A stretch of 64,000 bases of DNA from the NCBI GenBank assembly GCA_965232515.1, contig CBDDPY010000002.1, positions 1,824,001 to 1,888,000 on the forward strand, given 5' to 3'. Each line of letters begins with the position of its first letter. The stretch's first letter is position 1. Source of the DNA: Alphaproteobacteria bacterium. Lineage in GTDB: Bacteria; Pseudomonadota; Alphaproteobacteria; GCA-2731375. The notes below the pieces were generated by a model. It was not told the origin of the DNA. It worked only from the letters and a program-made list of their open reading frames with translations, and made no database searches. The translations under genes were made by a program, and so were the position numbers. Shown piece after piece: positions 21,802 through 31,998 of this stretch.

Positions 21802-24800
21802 GCGGGCTGATCGACTCGGCGATCAACCGCTCGCGAACGGTCCTCAGCACGCTGGTGCTGGTGCTGATCGCGGGCGCCGTCGCCTATGCGTCGATCCCGA
21901 AGGAGTCCAATCCGGACATCAACATTCCGATCATCTACGTGTCGATGACGCACGAAGGCATCTCGCCGGAAGATGCCGAGCGCCTGCTGGTGCGGCCGAT
22001 GGAGCAGGAGCTGCGGTCGATCGAGGGCGTCAAGGAGATGCGCTCGACCGCCTCCGAAGGTCATGCCTCGGTGCTGCTGGAGTTCTTCGCCGGCTTCGAT
22101 GCCGACGAGGCCATGCTCGACGTGCGCGAGAAGGTCGACCTGGTAAAGCCGGAGCTGCCCGACGAGACCGACGAGCCGACGGTGAACGAGGTCAATGTCG
22201 GTCTGTTCCCGGTCATTACCGTGACGCTGGCGGGCAACGTTCCCGAACGTACGCTCTTGAAGCTGGCCCGCGATCTTCAGGACGAGCTCGAGGCGTTGTC
22301 CGGCGTCCTGTCGGCGGACATCACCGGCGACCGCGAGGAAGTGCTCGAGATCGTCATCGATCCGGCGCGGCTCGAGAGCTACAACATCTCGCAGGCCGAG
22401 GTGCTGGATGCCGTCAGCCGGAACAACCGGCTCGTCGCGGCCGGCTCGCTCGACACCGGTGCCGGACGTTTCTCGGTCAAGGTACCGGGCCTGCTCGAAA
22501 CCGCGCGCGACGTTCTCGATCTGCCGGTGAAGGTGGCCGGCGACAGCGTCGTCACCATCGGCGACATCACCTCCGTACGACGCACCTTCAAGGACGCGAC
22601 CAGCTTCGCCCGCATTGATGGCCAGCCCGGCCTGGCGCTGGAAATCAAGAAGCGCCTGGGCGAAAACATCATCAGCACGATCCAGGACGTCCGCGACGTC
22701 GTGACCGAGATGCAGAAGAATTGGCCCGAGGGCGTCGAGGTCAGCTTCATCCAGGACGAGTCGACGAACATCCGGAACATGCTGTCCGACCTGCAGAACA
22801 ACGTGCTGAGCGCCATTCTGCTGGTCATGATCGTCGTCGTCGCCGCGCTCGGCCTGCGAACCGCAGGGCTGGTCGGCCTGGCGATCCCCTCCTCGTTCCT
22901 GTTCGGTATCCTGGTGCTGAGCGCCCTCGGCCTGACGGTGAACATCGTCGTGCTGTTCGCGCTCATCCTGTCCGTCGGCATGCTGGTCGACGGCGCCATC
23001 GTGGTCACCGAGCTCGCCGATCGGAAGATGGCCGAGGGGCTGCCGCGCGCGCAGGCCTATGCCGTCGCGGCCAAGCGCATGTCCTGGCCGATCATCGCCT
23101 CGACCGCGACCACGCTCGCCGCGTTCATGCCGCTGCTGTTCTGGCCGGATGTGGTCGGCGAGTTCATGAAGTATCTGCCGCTGACCCTGATCGTGACGCT
23201 GATCGGCTCGCTGATGATGGCATTGATCTTCGTGCCGACCCTGGGCGCGCTGATCGGCAAGCCAGGCGCCGCCGACCCGAAGGTCATGAAGGCGCTCGCC
23301 GCCGCCGAGACCGGCAACATCTCGAGCCTGCCGGGCCTGACCGGCATCTACGCGCGCATGCTGCAGCGGCTGATCCGCCATCCGCTGAAGGTCGTCGCCG
23401 CGGCCTTGGCCATGCTCATCGGCGTGCAATACTACTACTGGACCCACGGCAACGGCGTCGAGTTCTTCCCCGACGTTGAACCCGAGCAGGGCCTGGTCTA
23501 CGTCCATGCCCGCGGCAACATGTCGGCCTACGAGAAGGACTATTTGGTCAAAGAGGTCGAGGAGGCCGTACTTCAGGTTCCCGGCATCGAGACGGTCTAC
23601 TCCAGCACCGGCGGCGGCGGCGACGGCGACGAGAAGTCCGAGGACGTGGTCGGCACGATCTTCGTCGAATTCGCGGACTGGGAAGATCGTCGGCCGGCCA
23701 ACGAGGTTTTGCAGGAGATCCGTGACCGCACCAGCGGCCTCGCCGGCATCCAGGTCGAGACCCGGAAGCCCGAAGCCGGCCCACCGACCGGCAAGGACGT
23801 CCAGGTCGAGCTGCGCTCGCGCTTCCCCGAGAAGCTCGATCCGGTGGTGACCCTGATCCGCGACAAGCTTGAGGCCACGGACGGCCTGATCGACGTCGAG
23901 GACGGACGTCCCCTGCCCGGCATCGAGTGGGAGATTGCGGTCGATCGCGCCCAGGCCGGCCGCTTCGGCGCCGACGTGACCGCGGTCGGCAATGTCGTCC
24001 AGCTCGTCACCAACGGCATCAAGGTCGGCGAGTACCGGCCCGACGACGCCGATGAAGAAATCGACATCCGCGTCCGCTTTCCGCTCGACGAGCGCAATAT
24101 CGATCAGCTCGATAAGCTGCGGGTGCAGACGGCGATGGGCCTGGTGCCGATCAGCAACTTCGTGACCCGCCAACCGAAGCCGAAGACCGGCACCGTCAAC
24201 CGGACCGACGGCATGCGGTCGATCAAAGTCCAGGCCAATGTAACGACCGGCGTGCTGGTCGACGACAAGGTCACCGAGATCAAGGAATGGCTGCAGACGG
24301 TCGAGATCGATCCGGCGGTCAAGGTCGTCTTCAAGGGCGCCGACGAAGACCAGAACAAGGCCGCCGCCTTCCTGCAACGAGCCTTCGGCATCGCGCTCTT
24401 CGTCATGGCGATCATCCTGATCACCCAGTTCAACAGCTTCTATCACGCGCTGCTGATCCTGACGGCCGTGATCATGTCGACGGTCGGCGTCTTCCTCGGC
24501 CTGATCATCACCGGTCAGACCTTCGGCATTGTGATGACCGGTATCGGCGTGATCGCGCTGGCCGGCATCGTCGTGAACAACAACATCGTGCTGATCGACA
24601 CCTATGCGCGGCTAAAGAAGGACATGCCGGCGGCCGAGGCCGTGGTGCGCACCGGCGCCCAGCGTTTGCGGCCCGTGATGCTGACCACGATCACCACCAT
24701 GCTCGGCCTGCTGCCCATGGTATTGCAGGTCAACATCGACTTCTTTTCGCGCAGCGTGACTCAGGGCGCGCCGTCGACGCAGTGGTGGGTGCAGCTCTCG

Positions 24801-24986
24801 ACGGCGGTCATGTTCGGTCTCGGATTCGCGACCCTGCTGACGCTGATCGTCACACCAACGCTGCTGGCGCTTGGCGGCAACACCAGCGAATGGCTGGCAC
24901 GCCGTCGCAGCCGACGCGCCGAGCGCAAGGCGGCCACCGAAATCCAGCCGGCGCCCGAGCCGGCCATGCCGCAAGCTGCGGAATAG
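21798..24986 (+). CDS. RND efflux transporter permease (AcrB/AcrD/AcrF family)
   Basis: 1062 aa; GMLVDGAIVV, GIVVNNNIVLID, RLRPVMLTT. Confidence 0.96.
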   Translation: MSGLIDSAINRSRTVLSTLVLVLIAGAVAYASIPKESNPDINIPIIYVSMTHEGISPEDAERLLVRPMEQELRSIEGVKEMRSTASEGHASVLLEFFAGFDADEAMLDVREKVDLVKPELPDETDEPTVNEVNVGLFPVITVTLAGNVPERTLLKLARDLQDELEALSGVLSADITGDREEVLEIVIDPARLESYNISQAEVLDAVSRNNRLVAAGSLDTGAGRFSVKVPGLLETARDVLDLPVKVAGDSVVTIGDITSVRRTFKDATSFARIDGQPGLALEIKKRLGENIISTIQDVRDVVTEMQKNWPEGVEVSFIQDESTNIRNMLSDLQNNVLSAILLVMIVVVAALGLRTAGLVGLAIPSSFLFGILVLSALGLTVNIVVLFALILSVGMLVDGAIVVTELADRKMAEGLPRAQAYAVAAKRMSWPIIASTATTLAAFMPLLFWPDVVGEFMKYLPLTLIVTLIGSLMMALIFVPTLGALIGKPGAADPKVMKALAAAETGNISSLPGLTGIYARMLQRLIRHPLKVVAAALAMLIGVQYYYWTHGNGVEFFPDVEPEQGLVYVHARGNMSAYEKDYLVKEVEEAVLQVPGIETVYSSTGGGGDGDEKSEDVVGTIFVEFADWEDRRPANEVLQEIRDRTSGLAGIQVETRKPEAGPPTGKDVQVELRSRFPEKLDPVVTLIRDKLEATDGLIDVEDGRPLPGIEWEIAVDRAQAGRFGADVTAVGNVVQLVTNGIKVGEYRPDDADEEIDIRVRFPLDERNIDQLDKLRVQTAMGLVPISNFVTRQPKPKTGTVNRTDGMRSIKVQANVTTGVLVDDKVTEIKEWLQTVEIDPAVKVVFKGADEDQNKAAAFLQRAFGIALFVMAIILITQFNSFYHALLILTAVIMSTVGVFLGLIITGQTFGIVMTGIGVIALAGIVVNNNIVLIDTYARLKKDMPAAEAVVRTGAQRLRPVMLTTITTMLGLLPMVLQVNIDFFSRSVTQGAPSTQWWVQLSTAVMFGLGFATLLTLIVTPTLLALGGNTSEWLARRRSRRAERKAATEIQPAPEPAMPQAAE

Positions 24987-25021
24987 AGCGGGAGGTTATG
25001 ATGAACGTGATGGCGTTGCGA

Positions 25022-25855
25022 CTACTCGGCCGCCTCACCCTTCTTCGGGTCCTGTTCGGCGGACCCTGTTTGCGACGCTGCGCCGCCGTCCGCTGAATCG
25101 TTCGCGGCGCTGACCGACCGCTCATAGCGGCGGTAGCGCATGACCGAGAACGGGATGCTGGCGAGATAGGCGAATCCGATGGTCGACAACACGAACCACG
25201 GATAACTGACCAGCATGGCGGCGACGATGCCGACGACCACCAGCAGCGGCAGCACCTGCTCGCGACGAACACGCAATCCCTTGAACGAATAGGTCGGAAT
25301 GCGACTGACCATCAGCAACGCCACGACCAACAACCAGATCGACATCAGCTCGGGCACCCTGACCGCATCGCCGACCTGAAAGCTGACCGCCAGCGGCAAC
25401 ATGGCGAAGCCGGCGCCGGCGGGCGCCGCGACGCCGGTGAAGAACTTGCCGGCCCAGGCCGGGCGGTCGGGATCGTCCAGCGCCGTGTTGAAGCGCGCCA
25501 GCCGCAGGGCGCAGCAAGTGCCGAAGGCGAGCGAGGCCATCCAGCCGAAACCGCCGAGCTCATGCGTGCTCCAAAGGAACACCAGCAGGGCCGGCGCCAC
25601 GCCGAAGCAGACGAAATCCGACAGCGAGTCCATTTCGGCGCCGAACTTGGTGGCGCCTTTCAGCAGGCGCGCCACCCGGCCGTCCAGCCCGTCCAGAATG
25701 GCCGCGACGACGATCGCGATCACCGCCAGCTCGTAACGCTCCTGCAGAGCGAAGCGGATCGAGGTCATGCCGGCGCAGAGCGCCAATACCGTCAGCACGT
25801 TCGGAATCAGGCTATTGACCGGTAGGCCCCGCGGCCGATAGCGCCGCCTAAGCAT
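25022..25855 (-). CDS. pssA: CDP-diacylglycerol--serine O-phosphatidyltransferase
   Basis: IPNVLT, DGLDGRVAR....FGAEMDSLSD, LRLARFN; downstream of psd. Confidence 0.93.
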   Translation of the reverse strand: MLRRRYRPRGLPVNSLIPNVLTVLALCAGMTSIRFALQERYELAVIAIVVAAILDGLDGRVARLLKGATKFGAEMDSLSDFVCFGVAPALLVFLWSTHELGGFGWMASLAFGTCCALRLARFNTALDDPDRPAWAGKFFTGVAAPAGAGFAMLPLAVSFQVGDAVRVPELMSIWLLVVALLMVSRIPTYSFKGLRVRREQVLPLLVVVGIVAAMLVSYPWFVLSTIGFAYLASIPFSVMRYRRYERSVSAANDSADGGAASQTGSAEQDPKKGEAAE

Positions 25856-26547
25856 CAGCGCACCTCGCCATGCCGGCGCGGCTCGTCGGTTCCGGTCACC
25901 GCCAGCACGGTTTCTCCGGCGATCGCCCGCTGGCCGGTGGCGACCATCGGCGTCTGACCCTCGTCCAGATAAACGTCGACCCGGCTGCCGAACCGGATCA
26001 TGCCGAACCGTTCGCCCGTGCGCACGGGCTGGCCTTCATACAGTTCGCAGAGAATGCGCCGGGCGACCAGACCGGCGATCTGCACCACAGCGATATCCTT
26101 GCCGTCCGATGTCGCCAGCCTCACGCATTGGCGCTCATTGTCTTCGCTCGCCTTGTCGAGCGACGCGTTCAGGAACTTGCCGGCGCGATAGGCCAGCGCC
26201 GTCACTTCGCCGTCGGCCGGCATGCGGTTCACATGCACATCGAACACATTCATGAAGACGCAAATGCGCGTTCTTGGAGCATCTCCCATCCCCAGCTCGG
26301 GCGGCGGCGGCGCGGATCCGACGCTTTGCACCACGCCGTCGGCAGGGCTGACGATCAGCCCCTCGCCGACCGGCGTGACCCGTGGCGGATCACGAAAGAA
26401 GTAGGCGCACCAGGCCGTGGCGACAACACCGACCCAGCCCAGCGGGTCCGCAATCCAGAACAGGATCAGCGTTGCCAGGACAAAAAGCGCAATGAAGCGA
26501 TAACCTTCGACGTGTATCGGCACCAGGACGGAACGGATTGTTTCCAT
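25855..26547 (-). CDS. psd: Phosphatidylserine decarboxylase
   Basis: [37 protein letters not shown] cleavage motif. Confidence 0.96.
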   Translation of the reverse strand: METIRSVLVPIHVEGYRFIALFVLATLILFWIADPLGWVGVVATAWCAYFFRDPPRVTPVGEGLIVSPADGVVQSVGSAPPPPELGMGDAPRTRICVFMNVFDVHVNRMPADGEVTALAYRAGKFLNASLDKASEDNERQCVRLATSDGKDIAVVQIAGLVARRILCELYEGQPVRTGERFGMIRFGSRVDVYLDEGQTPMVATGQRAIAGETVLAVTGTDEPRRHGEVR

Positions 26548-26620
26548 ATCGCTTTCGGTCTCTCCGACGAACTGACGGCGCGGAGTTTATACCAAACGCC
26601 ACCGATATTGCCCTTTGGTA

Positions 26621-28513
26621 TTAACTCTGGCGAACACCGGTGCCGACGCCGGCAACGGGGTCCGCGACTGGCGCCGCGTCCTCGTCATCGGCCAAAGCAT
26701 GCAACCGCCGCTCGGCTTCGGCGGCTTCCTGCTGCCGGGCCCACATGGCCGCATAGAGGCCCTGCCGCGCCAACAGCTCCTGATGTCGGCCGCGTTCGGC
26801 GATGCGGCCCTCCTCCAGCACGATGATCTCGTCGGCGTCGACCACCGTCGACAGGCGGTGCGCCACCACCAGCGTCGTGCGGTCGGCCGAGACCTCGCGC
26901 AGCGAGGCCTGGATCTCCTGTTCGGTCTGCGAGTCCAGCGCCGACGTCGCCTCGTCGAACAGCAGGACCTCCGGGTCTTTCAGGATCGTGCGCGCGATGG
27001 CCACACGCTGCTTCTCGCCCCCCGACAGCTTCAGCCCGCGCTCGCCGACCATGCTGTCATAGCCTTCGGGCAGTGCGGCGATAAAGTCGTGAATACGGGC
27101 CAGACGGGCGGCCTGCTCGATCTCCTCGTCGGTCGCCGCCGGACGGCCGTAACGGATGTTGTACCGGATGGTGTCGTTGAACAGCACGGTATCCTGCGGA
27201 ACGATGCCGAACGCGGCGCGCAGGCTGCGCTGCGTAACCGTGCGCACATCCTGGCCGTCGACCAGGACCCGGCCCGACTGCACGTCGTAGAACCGGAACA
27301 GCAGGCGCGAAATTGTCGACTTGCCCGCCCCGGACGGGCCGACCACGGCAATGGTCTTGCCGGCCGGCACCTGGAAGGAGATGCCTTTCAGGATCGGCCG
27401 CGCCGGATCGTAAGCGAAATGCACGTCCTCGAAGGCGATCTCGCCGCCATGCTGCTGCAGCGGCCGGGCGTCCGGCCCGTCGGCCACTTCGGTATTGACG
27501 TCCAGCAACCGAAACATCTGCTCCATATCCACAAGGCTCTGCTTGATCTCGCGGTAGACGAACCCGAGGAAGTTGAGCGGCTGATAGAGCTGGATCAGGA
27601 AGGTGTTGATCAGCACGAAATCGCCCAGCGTCATGTCGCCGTTGGCGACGCCGTTGCCGGCCATCAACATGACCACGACCAGGCCGGTCGAGATGATAAC
27701 GCCCTGCCCGATATTCAACAGCGACAGCGTCGACTGGCTGGTCACGGCGGCCCGCTCATAGCGAGCCATGGCATCGTCGAACCGCTTCGCCTCGTGCGGC
27801 TCGTTGCCGAAATACTTCACCGTCTCGAAGTTCAGCAGGCTGTCGATGGCCCGGGTGTTGGCGATCGTGTCCGTGCGGTTCATCTCGCGCCGGTATTTGA
27901 TGCGCCACTCGGTGATCATCAACGTGAAGGTGATATAGCCGGCCACCGCCACGAAGGTGACGGCCGAGAATGCGAAGCCGTAGTTCACCAGCAGGATGCC
28001 GCAGACCAGGAAGATCTCCAGCAGCGTCGGCAGAATGTTGAACAGCGTGAAGCGCAGCAGGAAGTCGATGCCCTTGGTGCCACGCTCGATGACCCGGCTC
28101 AGGCCGCCGGTCCGACGCTCCAGATGGAACCGCAGGGCCAGCGCGTGAAGGTGACGAAAGGTCTCCAGCGCCACGGTGCGCAGCGCATGCTGGCCGACCT
28201 TGGCGAATACCGCGTCGCGCAGTTCGCCGAAGGCCTGCGACAGCACCCGGGCGACGCCATAAGCGACGACCAGCAGCACCGGGACGACCAGCACGGCATT
28301 GATCGAGGCGTCGAGCGCGTCGACCGCCGCCTTGTACAGGAACGGCACGTAAACGATCGTCACCTTGGCCGCCGTCAGCAGCGCCAGCGCGATCAGAACG
28401 CGTATCCGCAGATCCAACCGGCCGCGCGGCCAGAGATACGGCAGCAACTTGCGCAATGTGCGCAGATGGTTCTGCGGCACTTCTTCTGCCGCTGGATCGA
28501 AGCTCGTCGACAT
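26621..28513 (-). CDS. ATM1/ABCB7-type fused ABC exporter
   Basis: FHLERRTGGLSR.IERG, DSLLNFETVKYF, GPSGAGKS, LSGGEKQR, FDEATSALD; start likely ATG at 28513. Confidence 0.94.
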   Translation of the reverse strand: MSTSFDPAAEEVPQNHLRTLRKLLPYLWPRGRLDLRIRVLIALALLTAAKVTIVYVPFLYKAAVDALDASINAVLVVPVLLVVAYGVARVLSQAFGELRDAVFAKVGQHALRTVALETFRHLHALALRFHLERRTGGLSRVIERGTKGIDFLLRFTLFNILPTLLEIFLVCGILLVNYGFAFSAVTFVAVAGYITFTLMITEWRIKYRREMNRTDTIANTRAIDSLLNFETVKYFGNEPHEAKRFDDAMARYERAAVTSQSTLSLLNIGQGVIISTGLVVVMLMAGNGVANGDMTLGDFVLINTFLIQLYQPLNFLGFVYREIKQSLVDMEQMFRLLDVNTEVADGPDARPLQQHGGEIAFEDVHFAYDPARPILKGISFQVPAGKTIAVVGPSGAGKSTISRLLFRFYDVQSGRVLVDGQDVRTVTQRSLRAAFGIVPQDTVLFNDTIRYNIRYGRPAATDEEIEQAARLARIHDFIAALPEGYDSMVGERGLKLSGGEKQRVAIARTILKDPEVLLFDEATSALDSQTEQEIQASLREVSADRTTLVVAHRLSTVVDADEIIVLEEGRIAERGRHQELLARQGLYAAMWARQQEAAEAERRLHALADDEDAAPVADPVAGVGTGVRQS

Positions 28514-28654
28514 CAGGAAGGCCTGGAATTCATGGGCCGGGTGCGGCCATTCGATAGCCGCCACGAGCGGCCGGTCGTCTGCCTAAGAATTTAGTGCGTT
28601 TTGGTTTGAATTGCCCACGTTTTCCCCGGTGTTGGGCGAATTCCACCTGCCCGA

Positions 28655-30058
28655 TCAGCCCGGCGTCGGCACCGAGAATACCTGGCCGGGATAGATCAGA
28701 TCGGGGTTGCGGATCTGATCGGCGTTGGCCTCGTAGATGACGGTGAACTTCATGCCGGTCCCATAGACCCGGCGGGCGATCCGCCAGAGGCTGTTGCCGG
28801 GCTGCACGATCACGCGCCCGGTCGCATCGGCCAGCTTGGTGCGCTCGACCCGCGTGAACGGCACCTCGACGCGGGCCACGACCTTGCCGTCGGCCGCTAC
28901 CTGATCGACGCGCAGCGTATATTGGCCCGGCGCCACGGACGCCTCCGGCGATACCTGCCAACTGCGCTTGGCGCCGGTAACCGCGCTGCCGATCGGCTGG
29001 TTGTCGACATAGGTCTGGACCTTGGCGCCGGACGGCGCCGAGCCGGACAGGACCACGTTCCCGGACTCGTCATAGTCGACTGTATCGATGCTCAGGTCGC
29101 CGGCCCTGGGCGCCGCCGGATCGGGCGGCGGCTTCTGCAAGATGCGGCTCGCCTGCTTGGTCTCGGCCGGCAGCTGCACGATCAGCGGCTTGGAGGCCCG
29201 GTCCGCCGCGGCGACCGACGTGGGCCGTTCCGGCACCACGACGACAACAGGCGCGGGTGAAAACAGCTCGCTGCCGTCGACCAGATGCGCGATCAGCGTC
29301 AGTTCGTGGCTGCCGGGGGCGAAAGACTCGTTATCCGTGGTCAGCACCCATTCGCCGCGGCCGTCGGTCGTTCCCGTCAGGATCGGCTCGCCATTGCTGT
29401 AGAGCGTGACGCGGGCGCCAACGGGCGCGCGTCCGGCGATGACGCCAAGACCGTCGCCGGCGATGCGGACAACATCGAAACTGGGCGGCGGCGGTCCGGG
29501 CGGCGGCGCCGGCTGAGCCGGAACCGCTGGCGCGTTCGGCGACGGCTTGGTAACCGCGGCACGGTCGGCCGACGGCGCCGGCTTCGTTGCGGGCGGTGCC
29601 GTCCTGGCCGGCGCGACGGCGGCCACGGCCGGCGCCGGTTTGGACGCCGAGGGTTGTCCGGTTGCATCGACCGCTTCGCGGTCGACAAGCGGGGTGTCGG
29701 GTTCCTTGCCGGCCGGGCGAACGCCACCGGTCGGTTGCGTGGCGGCAACAGAGGTATCTCTCGGCGGTGACGGCTGCTTGACCGTCGTCCCCGACGTCTC
29801 GCCGGATGGGCCGGTGACGGCTGCCGGCGCCTGGTCCGTGCCCGGGGCCGACGGCGCCGGCGACGCTACCGTTTGGGAAGATGTCGCCGGAGCGGGTGTC
29901 GCCGGAGCGGATGTGGTCTGGGAGGATGTGGCCTGGGAGGATGTCGTTGGCGCGACCGCCACCCCGCTCGCGTCGTCGTCCTGGCCTCGCGGATACAGGA
30001 CGAAGGCGAGGATCACCGCCGCAAGGGCGAAAGCGACAACAACGGCTGTAGTTCGCAC
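28655..30058 (-). CDS. Membrane-anchored LysM peptidoglycan-binding protein with Pro/Ala-rich linker and Ig-like domains
   Basis: N-terminal TM segment, PSFDVVRI, C-terminal VQPGNSLWRIA...IYEAN..QIRNPDLIYPGQ; GTG at 30058 follows GGAGG. Confidence 0.9.
   Translation of the reverse strand: MRTTAVVVAFALAAVILAFVLYPRGQDDDASGVAVAPTTSSQATSSQTTSAPATPAPATSSQTVASPAPSAPGTDQAPAAVTGPSGETSGTTVKQPSPPRDTSVAATQPTGGVRPAGKEPDTPLVDREAVDATGQPSASKPAPAVAAVAPARTAPPATKPAPSADRAAVTKPSPNAPAVPAQPAPPPGPPPPSFDVVRIAGDGLGVIAGRAPVGARVTLYSNGEPILTGTTDGRGEWVLTTDNESFAPGSHELTLIAHLVDGSELFSPAPVVVVVPERPTSVAAADRASKPLIVQLPAETKQASRILQKPPPDPAAPRAGDLSIDTVDYDESGNVVLSGSAPSGAKVQTYVDNQPIGSAVTGAKRSWQVSPEASVAPGQYTLRVDQVAADGKVVARVEVPFTRVERTKLADATGRVIVQPGNSLWRIARRVYGTGMKFTVIYEANADQIRNPDLIYPGQVFSVPTPG
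29872..29946. repeat. Five degenerate 15-nt tandem repeats within the LysM gene
   Basis: TTTGGGAAGATGTCG, CCGGAGCGGGTGTCG, CCGGAGCGGATGTGG, TCTGGGAGGATGTGG, CCTGGGAGGATGTCG. Confidence 0.8.
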
Positions 30059-30126
30059 GCAGCCTCCAGTACGAATCAAAACCCAACCTAGTCTCTAGCA
30101 GCCGACGCGGCAATCCCCGACAGTAT

Positions 30127-31014
30127 TTATTGTGCTCTCTTAACCACGTTTTCGATCGGCGGCACTTTTTTCAAGTAGGCGGCAATTGCGCGCAGGTCTT
30201 CTTCGGTCAGGTATTTCAGCCCGTCGTCGATGGCCTCTTGCATGCTGCCCTGGACATCATCGAAGTTCGGCTTCAGGCCGGTCTGCAACAGCTGCACGAT
30301 GTCGCCCGCCGACCAGTCGCCGATGCCGGTCGGGTGCGGGGTGATATTGGCCGCCAGCTCGCCATCGGGACCATCCGGCGTGCCGGCCAGCCACCTGCCG
30401 CGTTCGAGGGCGCCGAAGGAATTGCGCGGCGTGTGGCATTCGCCGCAATGGGACAGCGCCTCCACCAGGTAGGCGCCACGGCGCTCAGTCTCGGTCAACG
30501 CCGGATCGGCCTCGAATTCGCCCGGATCGAAGAACAGCCACTGCCAGAACCACATGGTCCAGCGCCAGCCGAATGGCGGCGACACGTCGTGGTCGCGGTT
30601 GGGCGCCCGCACCGGCGGCCGAGAGAACAGGTAGGCCCTGATGGCGCGCGCATCTGTCTCGCGCATATTCGTGTAGGTGGTGTAGGGAAACACGGGGAAA
30701 TAGCGGCTGCCATCGGGGCTGACTCCGTGGCGCAGGGCATTCACGAAATCCGCGTCCGACCAGCCGCCGATGCCGGTTTCCGGGTCGGGCGTGATGTTCG
30801 GGCTGTAATAGGTGCCGAACGGCGTCTTCAGGGCCCGACCGCCGGCCAGCATCTCGCCGCCGCCCTTATGGTCGGTGTGGCAGCTCACGCAGCCGGCGGC
30901 GCGCAGCAGATATTCGCCGCGGGCGATCTCAGCGGGGTCCGCACCGGCCGCCATCGGCAGCATCAGGCCCAGCATGAACATGCCGGCGGCCCGCCAAAGG
31001 CGGCCCGCCGGCAT
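30127..31014 (-). CDS. Diheme cytochrome c
   Basis: Signal peptide; CVSCH and CGECH heme motifs, PNITPDPETGIGGWS; start near ATG at 31014. Confidence 0.9.
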   Translation of the reverse strand: MPAGRLWRAAGMFMLGLMLPMAAGADPAEIARGEYLLRAAGCVSCHTDHKGGGEMLAGGRALKTPFGTYYSPNITPDPETGIGGWSDADFVNALRHGVSPDGSRYFPVFPYTTYTNMRETDARAIRAYLFSRPPVRAPNRDHDVSPPFGWRWTMWFWQWLFFDPGEFEADPALTETERRGAYLVEALSHCGECHTPRNSFGALERGRWLAGTPDGPDGELAANITPHPTGIGDWSAGDIVQLLQTGLKPNFDDVQGSMQEAIDDGLKYLTEEDLRAIAAYLKKVPPIENVVKRAQ

Positions 31015-31046
31015 TCTCAAGACATGTCGATAACGTACTGTCAGCG

Positions 31047-31502
31047 CTACTCTTTCGGTTTGCGGAACGGCTTGTGGCAACCGCCGCAGGTCTTGCCGAC
31101 GGCGCCCAGGGCGGCGCCGATCTGGCCCTTGTCGCCGGACATCGCCGCCGTCACCAGCGCCGGCGTCGCCATCTCGAAATCCTTCGCCGCCTTCTCGAAG
31201 CCGGCCCAATCGGACCAGATCTCGGGCTTCGAGCGGGATTTCGCGTCCGCCGAGCCAGCCGGGAACAGGCCGACGACATCGTGGCTGATCATCTCGATAC
31301 CCTTGGCATGGTCGACGATCGCCGGCGAGTAGTCCGCCTCGCCTTTCGCCACCTTGGCGATGGCGCCCATATGGCCGCCCAGATCCTTCATCACCTTGGT
31401 CCGTTTTTCCTGCGCCGTTTCGGCAACGGCGGCGCCCGCCGCGAGCACCACACACATGCCGCCGGCAAGCAGAACTTTCGTCAACCCAGGACTACGCATC
31501 AC
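31047..31502 (-). CDS. Cytochrome c'/c556 (class II)
   Basis: Signal peptide, R...MK near the mature N-terminus, IWSDWAGF, C-terminal CGGCHKPFR. Confidence 0.93.
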   Translation of the reverse strand: MMRSPGLTKVLLAGGMCVVLAAGAAVAETAQEKRTKVMKDLGGHMGAIAKVAKGEADYSPAIVDHAKGIEMISHDVVGLFPAGSADAKSRSKPEIWSDWAGFEKAAKDFEMATPALVTAAMSGDKGQIGAALGAVGKTCGGCHKPFRKPKE

Positions 31503-31614
31503 CCAGACCCTCCCTAGTCGGTTACGTTATCTACTGTAAACGCCGTGGTTCGGGAATCCTTCCCGCGCGTTCTTCACATCTTCGCGAACGGCGTTGACAC
31601 CAGGTCGTCACAGC

Positions 31615-31998
31615 CTAGTCCGGCAACGCCACGGTGATCTCGGCGCCACCCAGCCCATGGACCGAATCGTGCGCCCGAATGCGCACTTCGTCTACGCCGT
31701 CGGGAATCTCGACGCCGCGTAGCGAACGCGTGAACGGCTGCTCGTCGACGTGCGGGTGCAGCAGAACGCGCGCGCCCAGCACCGTATCGCCGGGCCCCAC
31801 CACGTCCCAGCGGTCGGCATAATGGTCCCAACCGGTGTCGTCGTGCCGCACCGTGACATCGAAGCGGTAGACGCCGGGGCCGGTCTTGGTCACATTGACG
31901 CCGACAATGTCGGCCTCGCCCGCCGTCGCCCCGGCCGCCAGGACCGCTGCGGCGAGGCACGACAGCAGGAAGCGCCAACAAACTCTGAGTACGGTCAT
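31615..31998 (-). CDS. Exported hypothetical protein (small beta-rich, His-containing)
   Basis: Signal peptide, then FDVTVRHDDTGWDHYADRW, RVLLHPHVDEQPFTRS, RAHDSVHG; protein-like composition. Confidence 0.8.
   Translation of the reverse strand: MTVLRVCWRFLLSCLAAAVLAAGATAGEADIVGVNVTKTGPGVYRFDVTVRHDDTGWDHYADRWDVVGPGDTVLGARVLLHPHVDEQPFTRSLRGVEIPDGVDEVRIRAHDSVHGLGGAEITVALPD

Noticed and set aside
21738-24446. Very long antisense ORFs (902 aa here; also 35181-37868, 26615-28594, 42991-45114, 4102-5739)
   Set aside because: Shadow ORFs opposite well-conserved genes, expected from high-GC codon bias. They carry no recognisable motifs.
30127-31455. 442-aa ORF joining the cytochrome c' region to the diheme cytochrome
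   Set aside because: The extension is an alternative frame over the c' gene. The diheme protein has its own signal peptide near 31014.
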